This document shows, in pieces, positions 20,359 through 37,976 of a DNA stretch of 64,000 bases; within the stretch, counting starts at the first letter, position 1, and each line of letters starts with the position of its first letter. Below the pieces are notes generated by a model. It was not told where the DNA came from. It saw only the letters and a program-made list of their open reading frames with translations, and searched no databases. The position numbers and the translations under genes were made by a program. Source of the stretch: Ramazzottius varieornatus (lineage: Eukaryota; Animalia; Tardigrada); NCBI GenBank assembly GCA_001949185.1, contig BDGG01000023.1, positions 62,001 to 126,000 of the forward strand, written 5' to 3'.

Positions 20359-21862
20359 CAGTGTTGAAAAAAGTACCGGTACTACCCGGTAATACCTGTA
20401 CTTGGTACCGATTTCGCAATACTTGTACTTTACCAGGTACGGGCGCTCGATACCGGTACCTTATGGAAGGTATTTCAGGTATTTACCGAATACTGAAGGC
20501 TGACGGTGATCACCTAAAGTACCGCGAAAGTACTGGACGCTTCGGTGCAATTGTAAAAAATTTCAGCATTTCTGGGCCCAAAACCAGGGTTGTTCCGATA
20601 AGACTTTTGCAGTTTGAATTACAGTTGCGATTAATCGAAATTCTTCCCTTAGCCGTAATTCGAATTGCTGGTAGTTCGTCGTTACTGGATTGAAGATTAC
20701 GATTAATCGGAATTCAGCTTCCGACAGCAATTCGAATTATTTGAATTATTACGACGTCGTCTGGTAATTTCAATTTCCAGTATAGTATGACCTTCTTCGT
20801 TCCCCCTGCAGACGTCTTTACATTCGGGACTCCACCGTTTGGAGATCCAACAGAAATTTTCAGCTCATTGCAGGCGGTGACGGTGAAGGCACATAATTCT
20901 CGGAGGATTCAAGTCTACGACGGGTTCTTTGGGAGATGTGCTCAAGAAAGGCTTCTTACCCATCTTCTGCCATCGGACTTCCGCTTTCCGATGTTCTGAT
21001 TCTTGACGAGGATTGAGATGTTAGTCGTCGAATGATAGATCAGCGATGAATTCTGAGCGCTTCACAAAGTCACTCGGAAATTCTATGGCTTCACTTCTGG
21101 CGATACTTTGCGAATTTATCTCCTCATCAAATCAACGATCAATGATACGCAGTCGTGAGAAGCAGACTGCGAAAATGAGCCCCGAGGTGCTGGCCTCTGA
21201 ATGCGCTAAATCCGGGGACAAATTGGCGGATTGCACAGCGGGCTTGATGCTGACAGCTGTAGATTTAACTGGCAAACTTAGACTTGTGATTTTGCGGTAA
21301 TGATGCGCCAATTCAAATCGACCGTAGTGTATTATTCCAATTGTGCTTATTTCAGTTAAGCCATTGTGTGATTCTAATTACGAATTAAAATACTCTGATC
21401 GTTTCCCATTTGACTTTGAATTCCGATTAATATCCAAATACGTTGGCAAAAGGTTCTCAATTTCAATTGTGGTATCGGAATTCCAAAAAGGCCAAAACCA
21501 GCCATTTTCAATTATGTATTACAATAATCGGAACAACACTGCCCAAAACACGGCGCTGCTCATACGGGACACTATACTACGTTCGACCGTATATCAGCTA
21601 GCGCATGTGCGCACTGGCTAAATGCGAAGTTTGGAGCCCATGCACCTACTGTATGCCAGCGTTATTGTGTGTGTGTAGGTGTGCGAAGCCAAAAGTGCAT
21701 TCTGAAATTATTTTTTGAGGTACTTTCGGTATTCTTTCTGGACAGTACTTTACCGGCAGTAGTACCTGTGAATCTTGCCAAATAACGATACTTTGCGTGC
21801 GAGGCGAGCCGAAATACTGTACTTTAACCCAGTACCGAAGAGCCAGTACTTGTTCAACACTG
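20359..21862. mobile_element. hAT-type non-autonomous element (outer) with GTAC-rich subterminal repeats
   Basis: TIR CAGTGTTGAA(A/C)AAGTAC..GG; 8-bp TSD CAGATATG / CATATATG (7/8 match). Confidence 0.8.
20585..21541. mobile_element. hAT-type non-autonomous element nested in the element above
   Basis: TIR CAG(G/T)GTTGTTCCGAT; perfect 8-bp TSD CCCAAAAC at 20577-20584 and 21542-21549; GAATT/CGATTAATC subterminal repeats. Confidence 0.88.
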
Positions 21863-22757
21863 CATATATGCTGGTTTTTGAGCGCTCAGTTTTGGTGCCG
21901 GGACCGGAAGCACGGTCAAGAACCTGTTGACAGCAGCTGCAGTGACATCACATCAAGCTGTGTATCCGCCCAGCTTGTGTGAAAAGTCAACAACTACGGG
22001 AGCTCTATTCCGAACTGTCTTCTAACGCGAATGAAAATCCCCAGTCACAAAATCATGGCAGCTGATACCGGAAAGAACTGATAGCGAAGAATCAACAAGC
22101 ACAGCAGTCGAATCAATACAGTGACTAAATATAGGACAAGCTATGGATTACGAAGAGGGCAAGAAGAGAAGCTGTGGATACTTCGAGAACGCCGATGACG
22201 AACCACATAACGTACACGGGATCCTTCCGAACTTCCCTTCTTCTCTGTTGCTAGTCGTACTGTACTTGCTACTTTACGACTGCTGGAAGTGTAATGAATT
22301 AGTCGGGCTCTTTGAAGAGCTCTCCCATACAGTCCGTGTAAACACCAAAATATCTGCTGCGCTGACACAGTGAATTCAAATTCTCACGGCAGAAGCTGAA
22401 GCAGCATACCCTCGACATCGATGAAGGCCAGACTTGATCGCTTCACTTCCTACTCAAGCTCTTCTCTTTCTTTTCTCACTGTCTACTTCGCGGATCACTG
22501 CTTTCTCCATCTGTCAACATTGGTTCTTCGTTGCCGTCACGCCCCTCGAAATACCCCGGAAACTATCCAATTCCTCTTTAATCTTTTTCATCGGTGTCGG
22601 AAAACTTTGTCTGATTTTTTCGTGATGTGGTACCTTGTCGTGTGCCACCGAAGCTTGTAGTCTGTGCTCATCCCAATGATAATTGACCATTAAGCGGTCG
22701 GAAACATGCCGGAAGTTGTGCGTTGCGGATTGGCCATCTCTACCAATTCTTCGCCCA

Positions 22758-26529
<3,772 letters not shown>

Positions 26530-26795
26530 GGAGATATCTCGAGACTCTGATGCATTGAACTGTATGAATTTATGGGCGATGTCTAATCTCAGCTGTAAAC
26601 TGTCGCTACATGTACACTTGGGCGAATGCTTGATTGTAGTTTTTACACATTTCACAAGGCTTTTCTTCAATATTTCACGTACAAAAACTCCACAGTAGAC
26701 TACGTGCTATCACACAGTCGAATAACATCTGTAAAACTCGAAACGAAAGAAAAATGTTGCGTACATCACAATTACTGTCGCATCGAGAACACCGT

Positions 26796-28653
26796 TCAAA
26801 ATATAGTTCGGAAAGAAAATTCATGGTACCGACTGTGAAGGCTCTGCTGTCGATTGCCGAAGGCGGAAGACGAGGAGGCACGCAGGGAAGACATCACCAG
26901 AGGAGTGTCGAGGACTGGCATGGCGGTCTTGGCGTCTGCGTGGTAACCGTACTTTTGCCATTTCGAGGCTTTTTCACTGCCGATCACCCGCATGAACATG
27001 TTGCTGCCTCTCATGACGATATCCTATCAACAAGACGCTCAAGCAACGAATATGCAAAGTTATCTTGGAGGCTTTGAATGAGATTACACACCTCATTCTT
27101 CAAGTACTGGAAACATTCTCTCCAGTAGCGGAACTTTGGTAAGTGAGGTGGCGCCACGACTCTCAGCCTAAGAAGATGCGACGTTCGTCCCACGACACCG
27201 CGAAAAGGCAGGATTCAAAGAGACTTACGGTGAAGAAGCGATAGCCATCAATCGTCCGACAAGTTTGAAGGGGAAAAATAATATCCTCAAAATATACTGG
27301 AAAACCATGACGGTTCCAACATTCATCATTATTTCGGTTCTTGTGAAAGGAAAGCATAAGCGACTGGTTCACTTACGTCAGAGCAAAATCGGAAGATGGT
27401 CAGGACTACGCGTTCACCACTGACAACAGTGCGGAAAATATAGGCGGCGATCCATATCGACACGAGGACTCCGATTTCGCTCATCATGTAAGGTACGAAA
27501 CCCCTGAGAGACGAAACTTTAGCTTCTCGGAAGACACAAAAAAGGCGAAGACTCACCCATAAAAGCCTCTGAGGCCTTCCTGTCGGTAGATTTTCTTGAA
27601 GGAATCAAACATGCCGGTGTAAACTTCTTCCTTCCATATGAACTGTGCGGCGGTACGGAGGAAGACCACTTGGAATGGATAGGAGAAACAGACGCTGGCC
27701 GTTCTAGCTAGAACATCTTTTGTCAACTGCAAGATAGCAACATTCAGCGAGCCCTTTATTAATGATGTGGGTGGATATAACTTTCCAAGTCTCATGATTC
27801 CTCACATCTTCAGCAAAATCCGCCACGGAGTACGGTGCGTTTTCCTGGTTAGCCAACGTGAAAACGCTCCAGGCTTTGCGGGGACTGGATCGTATCCTTC
27901 GCTTGACAAACTCATCTATAAGCTGAAGCAGCATAAAAACGGTTGAATGAAACCATGGCGAAATTTAAAGATAGATTAATTCCAAAGCTCACATGATAAG
28001 AGATATCGTTGGCGATGTTCCCGACGAGGACGTTGCATACGTTTGCTCCGAAGCCTCTCCACAAGGCAAGTTTCCCATCCCGGGACTTTATGTACCGAAC
28101 TAGGAGTAAGATGAGAGGTTGCCGTAAATCAATGAAGGTTGCGGTAGAAAAAATAGAACTGTCGAGCTCGACCGGACCTCGGCATCAAGTTGAAATACGC
28201 GTAATGACGTCATCGATAACAGGCTACATGATGTAATAGATATGGTTGCGTATGAGACTTACCATATGTGGTGATGTTGGGCAGAACGAGACAAGGCTTC
28301 CCAAACAGCGTTCTGGACGGTCTGGGCGGTATCGGTTCGTAACCCAACTGCAATATGGATCATGGAATAACTCAAGGGCACCTAAGCAGCAGCCGAACTC
28401 TGTCGCTTACCTCCATCAAGACGTGAGCATAGGATAGGGGATGGAAGATGGCAGTGGAGAACGCAACTTGGGTGCCATATGCCATCCATCGCATCAGCAC
28501 ATCCACTCGTGCATTCGGTTCGTCATCTTCGGTAACCTTGGTGGTCGGTGGTGCGAGGCTACTGCTTCGTTCGTAGAGATGTTGAGGCGTCGGAGGGTTG
28601 ATTTCGTGGAGAAGATCGTTGATGACGGCCAGTTCAGGCTCGTCTCCAGCCAT
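26796..28653 (-). CDS. MTCH2: Mitochondrial carrier homolog (MTCH1/2 family)
   Basis: HPLSYAHVLME..GYEPIPP..TLFGKP..LPN; YIKSRDGKLALWRG; SYPFQVVFLRTAAQFI..E..YTGMFDS..IYRQEGLRGFY; C-terminal SRGSNMFMR. Confidence 0.85.
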
Positions 28654-29392
28654 TTCGTCAGCTCAGGAACACTTGATCGATTGAACTGCTAACGAGAAGA
28701 AAGCAGTCTTCCGCGTGCGTTTCCAGGCAGAGGGCTCGACAAGGTGTTCTTCGCTCCCATTCAGAGCCTAGAACAAGAACGAAGACCGAAGAGCCCTCAT
28801 CGCTACATTCAGGAGCATAGAGCAGCTAATTATAAGCAGCTTCAAATCTGCGAGAAAAGGAGGCACTCTTTATAAGTTTCCTTCTCCAAAAGGAAACGGC
28901 TACAAACGTTTCACATTTTAGACTCAAGAAACACAGTGTCCACGGCATTACGTAAGGCACCACCTGGTTACATTCTATTGACCGGTGGCGGCTGGTCACG
29001 CGGTTTATGGTGTATGCCGTACGGAACTTCCGCTATGGAGGAGCTGCCAGCAGCTGAGCGCAAGTGCGTGTTGTACCAGTGCGCGCATCATGATGGCGCA
29101 TCACGTGGATTTGTGCTCGGTAACGTCCAATGGAATAGCGGGATAGTCATCTGGACCGCCTCAACCTGATTGCCCACAGCAAGCTAGCAACACGCGTCTG
29201 GTCGCATACGTAACAAATAAAAGTGATTTGTGTAAGTACACCCGAAGGAAGGTATCATCTTCTTCCGTTTCTCGCATTTGTCGGATTTAAGCTAGCAACA
29301 ACAGAAACACAAAGCACCCTTGTTGACCATTGATTTTGTTTTAGTCTATTTCAGGTATCAATACGGGAGAGGAGGAGCAAGCACCTTCGACG

Positions 29393-32300
29393 ATGCTGGG
29401 ACTTCCGACAACCGTCAGCAGCGGCGACAGCACGATCGAGGTGCGAAACCCAACATGGAACGATCTTCGCACCGACGAGTTGTCTTCCTCAAGGTGCGAT
29501 TAATAAATGTACTGAAAAGTTCGTTCGTTATCTTATCAACGCGAAAAAAAGATAACAGCGATTCATCGGATGAGAAAATTAGCATTTTAATTTGTCTTCT
29601 TTGTAGTATTCTTCAGCGCGTCAGTCGCAATGTCTCCTCCAACAACAGCCTCACCGACGTGGACGACACTCCAGAGTGCTCAAAAGAATTGATAACGGAG
29701 TTGGAGTTCTACGAAAACTTCACTCGGCGACGATTGGGAATACAGGCGGAGGACAGCACAGAGGAAGACGGGCACATCACACCGCAAAATGGAAAACCTC
29801 TGGTGACGTCAGCGGATGGTCACACGGACACGGCTGTAGTAAAGGGGGACCACGTGGGCAAGGAGGCAGACAGTAGCGCTGCAGTCACCGAAGAGAGCGA
29901 AGAAAGGAAAGGTATAAATGTGCTCCTCCTTTCCTGCTCAGGCTGCTCTACTCTACTACCTACCTCTCTCTTTCTTCTTCCTCACAAAATTTCGAACCAT
30001 ACAAAACGTCCAGTAGCGCCAGACGAAATATTCGCAAATATAATTCTATCTGTGATTTTCCCACATGAAGAAATCAAACCTTACATAGGTCTCATCTGAC
30101 GAATTTCCTCTTTTAGTTGCGAATCCTGAAGGGGAAGAAGCATCTACCATGCCAGCTCTGGACTTGGTGACGCCTAGTACGTCGGAGCTCAACCGGGCCG
30201 AGATGGAGTTCTCCTGGGAGCTGTACTTGGAGGAGATGAACGCCTATCCTGTTCCGCCTGAAGCCTTTCCCCACGTAAGAAGGTCATTAATCATTCATAC
30301 AATTTCACTTGACTTCTGGAAATGGGTCATAGGTTAAGGAGAGTTTGGAGAACGGGTTGAGGCCAGGCGAGTTTCTGGAGTATGTATATATGCCTCCCGA
30401 TGAGAAGAAGAAGGAATCCAGGCGCTTGTTCTGGTACATTGAGATTATTCATGCCAGCAGCCCCGATATTTTGGTTCGTTACATGGGCTTGGAAAATGAA
30501 CCGTAAGCTGTGTGACCCCATGGATCTATGTTGTTTAGTGAAATATTTAAAATGTGTTGATCGTTATAGACAAGAAGTCTTCTGGCTGGATTTACGCGTG
30601 GCGTCGATTTACCCGTTTGGCCATTGCTCCAACAACAGGAAGGAATTTATACATCGTCCTCCCAAAAGTAAAACATTACCATAGCGCATTTGAAGATATT
30701 CTCGAGTGTCATACAGAAAGTGCAACTGAATATGGGAGATCGGCGAACAGACTCGACGGAGAATGATGTGCCAAGGGGCGCACTCTTTCAGTGCTGCAGG
30801 CAGAAAGCATGCGCCACTTGGAACAACGATCTAGTCAAGTTCCCCAAGTGGCGCAGTGTTCCAATGTTATTGGTTGAAAGTGTGCGCCAATTTGAAAAAT
30901 ATCTTGCTTACAAGAAAAATTCATACATGCAGTTCGCCTAAGTTAATTATCGGCCGGGACAAAATTACCGGCACCGGCCGGAAACGGCAGTTACCAGCTG
31001 AAGCTGAGCAATGAAATCAATCAATCGATGCTCTGCCGCTCTCCGCCGGTGGCCGGTAATTTTATCCCGGCCGATAATTAGGCAAAGTGCGTGTACTCAC
31101 TATTCACACGAAGAACGAAGTTTTTACAGCCGTTTTTTCCCTAGTTATCTTCAAATATCGGGCGTATCTGGGCGATCTCGACCAGCGTATCAAAAAGGGC
31201 CTCATATCACCCACAGCTGCCGAGTTAGCTGCTCGTGGTTTGTGCAAGAAAGATCGCTTCGAGGTTAACCAGTGGCTGGAGGTGATCGACGAGGATAAGG
31301 TCAAGACGGTGTGGCTAGCCATGGTCGAGAAGAACATCGGCGGAAGACTGATGTTGCGGTACAAGGATGGCGAAGAGAAGGACGTTTTGTGGATCTTCTG
31401 CACTGACTACAGACTGCAACCCATCGCATGGGGAGAGAATGTGGCCGAATATTACTACGCACCACCCAGCAGTAAGGGCATTCCTTGCTTCTGTTGCATC
31501 CCTATCCGTATTTGGATCTATCCCTATTTACCCCTATTAGGATTGAATTTGACGGAATTATTTTGCGATCTTAGGTATGCAGTTACCGGAAACAGCTATT
31601 GGTGAATGCAAGGCTTTCTTGAAAACGATCCAGAAAGAAAAGAACCGCTTGATTCCTTGCCATGTTTTCCCTGTAAGTTGTTCCGTCTGACGGTAGTTTG
31701 TGTTTCAGAATTTTCACGATATTCAAGGCAGTTCCCAGTAATGTTTGGGACGTCGGCTTGCCCTGACATTTTCGCTCGTGGCGCACGTCTCAGCCAGTAC
31801 TAGTGGAAACGTGCGCCACTGAAGATGACGATTTCGTATGCTTTCGAACTCTTTGAGGGGGTCCTTTTGCAAGGGTTCAGGTTTACCGTTTTTGATTCTC
31901 GTGTGTATCCAGCCTCTGGATCATCCCCCTCGAACATTCGAGACAGGCAATCATGTCGAATTCCTCCACCCGCGCAAACGCCATCAGATTTGCCCAGCTG
32001 TTATCACCGATGTGTCACCACATGACAAGACCATCACCGTGGAAATCTTAGATTTTCATCCGGACAGTAAGAAGATTACCAAAGTCTGCCATAGTCAAAG
32101 CCTGGACATCCTCCCCATCAATTGGTGCAAGAAGAATGGCGTTCGACTACAGAAACCACCCGGTAAATCAATCAATCATGCTGTTGCTCATTCGGACTGA
32201 TCCTATAAAACTTGGTGTATTCTCTTTCAGGCTGGGTGGATAAGACTCCCGAAAAGGAACTAAAGGACAAAGGTGTGGGTTTTACCTGGCAGAAGTTCGT

Positions 32301-35290
32301 CGATGAGAACCCTCAGCGAAGTTTGGCAACTCAGAAATCCTTCGTTCACTTGGTAAGGAAATTAAGAAAGAAACCAAGAAAACAACAAACAGGGCGGAAG
32401 TTCAAAGATTGGACCAATCCAAACAGAAACTTATGCCTCGACGTCACTTGTGAATTTCGAAAATGGGCGGACACCTTTGTTATGCGTATGGCCTGTTTGA
32501 ATAGCAATCGGGTTCCCTTACACGAGGCATTCCGTCAGCAACCTTGGTTTCTATCTATTTGGATATACGAGCGTTTTGCCGGCTTTTGTGGATTGATATG
32601 ACTTTGGTTCTCTAGGCTAACCTTCCAAATCCCGGCTTCGCTCGTGGGATGCGTCTGGAAGTGAGTAACCCGGAAAGACCCAACGAGCTGTGCACTGCAA
32701 CGGTGGTGAAGGTCTTGCCGCCGCTTCTGTGGGTCCACATCAACAGTTACGGTCAGAGTACTGCCAGCACGCGGAATATCAGCGTGACGCACTATGTCAC
32801 TTTCAACTCCACCGAAATGTTCCCGGTACGCAAGCAAAGTAACCAAATGGACGTAGGCAAATTATCTTGTCCAGATCGTTGTCTCTAGTGGCGCACGCTC
32901 TGATTGTTAAATGCCGAGAGGGTGCGCCACTTGGAAAAACGATCCGGTTTAATTCATTTGCCGACGTCTGAAACACGAACCAAGTGCAACTCGCCGTTTT
33001 CGTTTTCTTACAGGTGGGTTTCTGTGGTAGCAACGACTACCCACTTCAACTTCCCCGACTGATCACACAAGGTCGACGCATGGCCACGCTTCGATCCAGG
33101 TCCTTCTCACAAACCAGCGCACCTTTCACACTGAGTCCTCAACCAAAGAGTCCGAGAGGCGGTACTTGTGAAAAACCCAAGCAACCGGAAACGGTGACGG
33201 TCTACATTAACCCGAGATGCAACTGCGGACCACTCATGTCCATGAAGAAGGTGGGTTCACGGACAAATTCGGCAAGATTGTTCTCCATGTGGCGCACATT
33301 TCCAGTGTTTGCGCTCGGAAGTATGCGCCACTTGGGAAAACGATCTGGTCGAGTTTGGCTGTCGAGCCTCCAACCGTTGTGGCGGTACTCTAAATGTCTC
33401 TAATCGCATCTACCTTTTCAGGTGATCAACTTGCCGAAGTACATCGGTCCAGGTCCCGTCCAGCTTGTCCTGCAGAGCTTGATCGCCTCGTTGATCACTT
33501 GCGGAACAAGGCCGACGAAGCTCCAGCAGCTCATCGCTGCCACGGGGGATATGCCCAGATCAAAGAACTGGGAACGGATCAAGACGAAAGCCAAGTATGT
33601 TTCTAGTCTTCGATCTAGTTGTTTTTATCGTTGATTGGAGTCTTATTTAGGATTGGTGGTCGGCGTCAGGTGGGTATCGTTGACGTGGTGAAGAACGCCA
33701 CGCAGGTTCCTGACTTCCTGCGTAACCTCTGTATCTTGTACGAAGCCTGTCCCAACTTGATCTCGACCAACGAGCCACAAGCCGTCAGTCACGAACACGC
33801 CAAGAAGCACAGAGATTGCTCTGAGCAGTGCCATCAGTTCGTCAAACCCGAAACCAAGACCAACCAGGTATGGACTTTCTGTGGGCTCGATTTTGCACGC
33901 ACCTGCATACATTTTCTGGACGTGACGTGCATGAGTCGTCGTATGCAGGTTGATTACGCTTACCGCAGTTTGTTCACCAATCCCTCGAAAGTCTCAGCTA
34001 ATCTCGCGAATGTGTACTCTAACTTCAAGTCCGTTTTCAGGTTCGGCGCCCGAAACTCCCGCGTTCAAATACTGAGGTTTCTCTGAAAGAGAAGGATGAG
34101 GAGAGAGACGAGGACATGGTTGTTGACGACGATGCTTCCAGTCGCGCAGTCAGCGTTGACGGCGACTCGGCCAGGGTTCCCACCCATTCCTCCATCTCTT
34201 CGAAGCTCAAAGTGGAGATCGACGAAGAAGAGAACCCACGAAAGCGACTGCGGAGCAAGACCGGCGAAGATGCTCAGAAGAATGGAGTTGGTGTGTCAAA
34301 GAGACTGGATATCGAGACGAGTGTCGGCTCACCCATAAGCTCCGAAGCTTCCACTACCGAGGTAAATAATATATAATGTCGAAATGGAAAAATGTTTCAA
34401 TCATATTCTAAAGGGAAACCAAGATGAAAAAGGACATAGATGGGGCGTCGGCAAATGAAATATATAAATGAACATGGTCGTTTTCCAGGTGGCGCACACT
34501 TTAAGCCAGTACTAATGATAAGCGCCAGTTGAGATTGTGGTCATGTTTAATTCATCTGCCGATGCCCCGAATGATGATGAAAAACGTTGTTCAGTGGTTG
34601 AAACTGAATGTTCGTAGGTAAAGGAAGTCAAGAAGAGAAAACTGGAAAACGTTGAAAGATCCGTCGAGAAGAAAGCTGACGAAGAGAAGGAAAAAGGCAG
34701 TGTGGAGAATGATCGGCCGCTGGAGAACGGGACGCTGGTCGATGACAGCGAGTACATCCTGAACTTCTACAAAGAACCTGACACATGGACCATCGACGAA
34801 GTCTATGGGTTCCTGAAGAAGCACTTGCCGCAGTCCAGAGCGCCAGAAGTGCTGCGAAAAGAGGTACGTATCTTGGGTAGATTCGAGAAAATCGTTTTGC
34901 CAAGTGGCGCACACATGCAGCCAAAAGATCCGAAGACATGCCCCACATGGGCACTCAGCAAGGTTTCTTTTTCAAGTGGTGCAATGTCCCAGCCAATAAC
35001 ACCGAAAGCGTGCGCCACTTGGGAGAATGATCTTGTCGAGTCTGTCTGCCGAGCTTCTATCTGCTTTACAGTTCCCCTTTGAGGAGAGCAAGCTTGACAC
35101 TATGATAGTGTTCCTTCTTTTGCAGCAAATCGACGGGGACGTGTTGCTGATGATGTGTGCCTCCGACCTGAACTGTCTAAAGCTGGAACCGGACGACTTG
35201 CTGTTTGTGGGTAACCTGATTGAGCGCGTTGTTTTCTCAGTGTTCGTGACCAAGGGAACTCGGTTTCCCATGTATGCTAACTGGAAGTAG
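29393..35290 (+). CDS. SFMBT: SFMBT-type Polycomb protein (MBT repeats, SLED domain, C-terminal SAM)
   Basis: FSWELYLEEMNAYPVPPEAFPH; MBT repeats (FEVNQWLEVID..VEKNIGGRLMLRY, GMRLEVSNPERPNELCTATVVKV, MFPVGFC); SLED VYINPRCNCGP..LPKYIGPGP; SAM PDTWTIDEVYGFL..IDGDVLL. Start codon uncertain. Confidence 0.85.
30944..31080. mobile_element. MITE-like inverted-repeat element (137 bp) in an SFMBT intron
   Basis: TAATTATCGGCCGGGA(C/T)AAAATTACCGGC at both ends in inverted orientation; TA/TAA-type junction. Confidence 0.8.
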
Positions 35291-35709
35291 AAATTCTTTC
35301 TACAGCCGCTCCTACACTTGCTCTTTCGTTTCTTGTCTGTAAATCTGCTGAAAGCTCTCGTAATCGAAATGTGCAGTCCGCTTAGCAGAAAGCTTAATTT
35401 TTTCTTTCGGTTTCAGACTATACTGTCGTCCTTTTCTGTTGGTTCGGAGGAAGTTTGGCGTTCTAACCGTTGATGGACGGATTATTTTTAACCATTGTTT
35501 GTTACGCCTTTGTGCCGGTTCATTTTAATGTCATGTCTTCCGATGAAAGAAATCGATGTACTGTGAACTGTAAGTATCAAGAACATTAAACTTAGTGATG
35601 AACTCAGTGAAAAAGTTCCACTGCACGGTTAATTCACTAGTGGGACTTTGTAACAAGGCATCAAGCGACGTAGTAGAAGACAGTCGCAGACAGAAAGTAT
35701 TCATCGTTG

Positions 35710-35922
35710 TCATCGCCTTCTGCGCCAATAACCGCCACGTCCCCGTCCGCCACCGCGGAAACTCGGAAGCAATTCTGTGATGGCCGCGGCACCGGATTTG
35801 CCACGGATTGACGGTCGACGCTGTTGTTGGCTGATCCGTCGAGCGCTGGTTGGACACGTTAGAACAAACAGCGCTGCCAGGAGCGACACTAAGATATGTA
35901 GTAAGTCAAGGTATCTGGTCAT
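35710..35922 (-). CDS. Small secreted Arg/Gly-rich cationic peptide precursor (70 aa)
   Basis: AAAAATG context; hydrophobic signal LLHILVSLLAALFVLTCPTSA; mature part RRISQQQRRPSIRGK...[15 protein letters not shown]. Confidence 0.6.
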   Translation of the reverse strand: MTRYLDLLHILVSLLAALFVLTCPTSARRISQQQRRPSIRGKSGAAAITELLPSFRGGGRGRGGYWRRRR

Positions 35923-36855
35923 TTTTCTAAACTACAAGCTGGTGTCAAGTCACCTCAAATGATGTACAGCAGAATACAAGCCAACTTCACGACAGGAAAA
36001 AGTTATTTAAATTCGTTCCTTGTCAAAGTGTGGACCACATGTGGGGCGTTGTTCAGTCTTGTGTTGCTGAGTAAAGGTCATGACCGATAGGTTCCCAACC
36101 CTGCGGAGCGGTGGAGTCATGACGAACGGAGCTGAAGATCGAGGCGGAGCGTGTTCAAATTCAACCATAATTCCAACATGCGCAAATTAACAAAGCCGGC
36201 CTTGGTTTCTCGAGTTCTTCAAAAGCACGTAGTCCTCGGTACGTCCGCCCTCCACTTGCCCAACTTGTCAGTCTATGTCAAAATACAGTAAACCGACAAC
36301 TGCGATATAGTTTAAATTGTTTCGCCGGTTTGCTGTTCTGACAAGTACCGCAATTATCCTTGCTGAGGTTCGACGTTTCTGTGCTAACTGCTGCGGCATG
36401 TTGTAAAAGCTGGACAATTAAGAAGCAGTAGACCCATTGCAATTCTAGTAGAATAAATCAAATCATCCGCGAATCCAATGTGGTACCCGGTTTTGATATT
36501 CGGAGGCATCATGTGTGCGTCTTACGATTTTCGGGAGGTCGGCGAACAAAACGGAACGATCGGTCGCGTGAGTGGCGCATGTATGCATTATTGTTGGCAG
36601 GAAGCATGCGCCACTGGACAGGGCGACGTTGTGCGTCGTCAGTGCCGGACTCCTTAAAATCGTAAGGCGCACAGACTATGTGTCAAATTATCCATCATAA
36701 ACATGGCATCGGGTTTACAGATTGTTCGATTTATTCTGTTAGAAAATCAACGGATCGCTACGAGCACCCCAGTTTCATTATAGTAATTTTCCAAGTTGTG
36801 GATGGCGCTTTCGGAGTTTTCGACGTTACCGGTATCACTTTTGCTTCTTTTCTGA

Positions 36856-37656
36856 TTACATAAAAACTTTTTTTCGTGGTTTTGTTGCGTCCTTACGCAA
36901 TTTCAACTCAGTTCGTCCAGCCCAATTGTCCAGTACAGCTGTCAGACTTGAATTCGCCCAATGTGCATGTCCTGCGTCTTGTCCAGCTTGTACAACATGC
37001 CATCTGCAGCCGTCCCTAAGGGAATAATATTGATAGTAAGTAGGACAGGTCACGGGATAACAAGTCGCATCAAAATTGCATAAATAATCAAGCAATTGAT
37101 AAAGTCTCCTATCGCATCACATGAATGATTTATACAGGTCTTCCCAAGAGCTTGTTTGGGCAGTCATTCACTCAGAAGTTGACTCGGCGCTTCGGCGTGT
37201 ATGTGAGACAAACCAAAGCTTTGGACGAGCACTCACTGCTCTCAGCGAAGTATGCGAAGTATGCGAGATGTTGGTCTTTGGCAAGAATGATACTGTACAG
37301 CCATATTTATCCCGTCCGGGCATGATGTGACCGGTGTATCTCAGTTGTCGTGGCCATACTGGTCTTTTCCGTTGGTCTTGGGAGCAACAGAAAAGGATGT
37401 ACACGCGCCTGCGAAATCGGCACGGGCCAGCTGAAGTTGACTAATCAATTAAATCAATTGGAGCACAGCCGCTTTCGCTCCGTTCCCCACATTTTTGTCC
37501 ATCGCCACATTTAGGGCAGGCGCGTATACCGTCAGAAGCAACAAAAGAAAGCGTAGTGGACTCGAACATCGGATCATCGTGGTGTAGTTTCACAGTCCGC
37601 AGTTGGGAGGCTTGCACGAGTTGAATCAATACTACAAATATTAACGTGGGCAACAA
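36856..37656 (-). CDS. Possible secreted Cys-containing orphan protein (exon structure unresolved)
   Basis: Signal-like LPTLIFVVLIQLVQA followed by several short Cys-bearing ORFs; no recognised domain. Confidence 0.3.
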
Positions 37657-37976
37657 ACGCTGTAATATTACAACAAACTCTTTCGGTTACTACAGACTTC
37701 AACTGACCGAACTTCAACAAGAAGCTTGATCAAACTTTCAAGGTATCGAGCCTCTCAAATTTGTGCTTCTCATGTTGTCACGCTGGCTAAGAGAGGTGGA
37801 AAAACTTTCGCACCAGATGGACTGCTACTGCGTGCGGTCGAGGAACATCACTTCTTTGACCAGAGTAAAGTCCAGCAGGGTACCACGGTTGCATGTTCAG
37901 ATCTATGTTTAATTGACACTGTCACAGTAATCAGGAGTGTCCATCGCGCATCGTAAGCTGGCATACTCTTGGGCGA

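Noticed and set aside
20187-21621. Short ORFs inside the nested hAT elements
   Set aside because: No transposase motifs are recognisable; these are likely chance frames in repeat-rich DNA.
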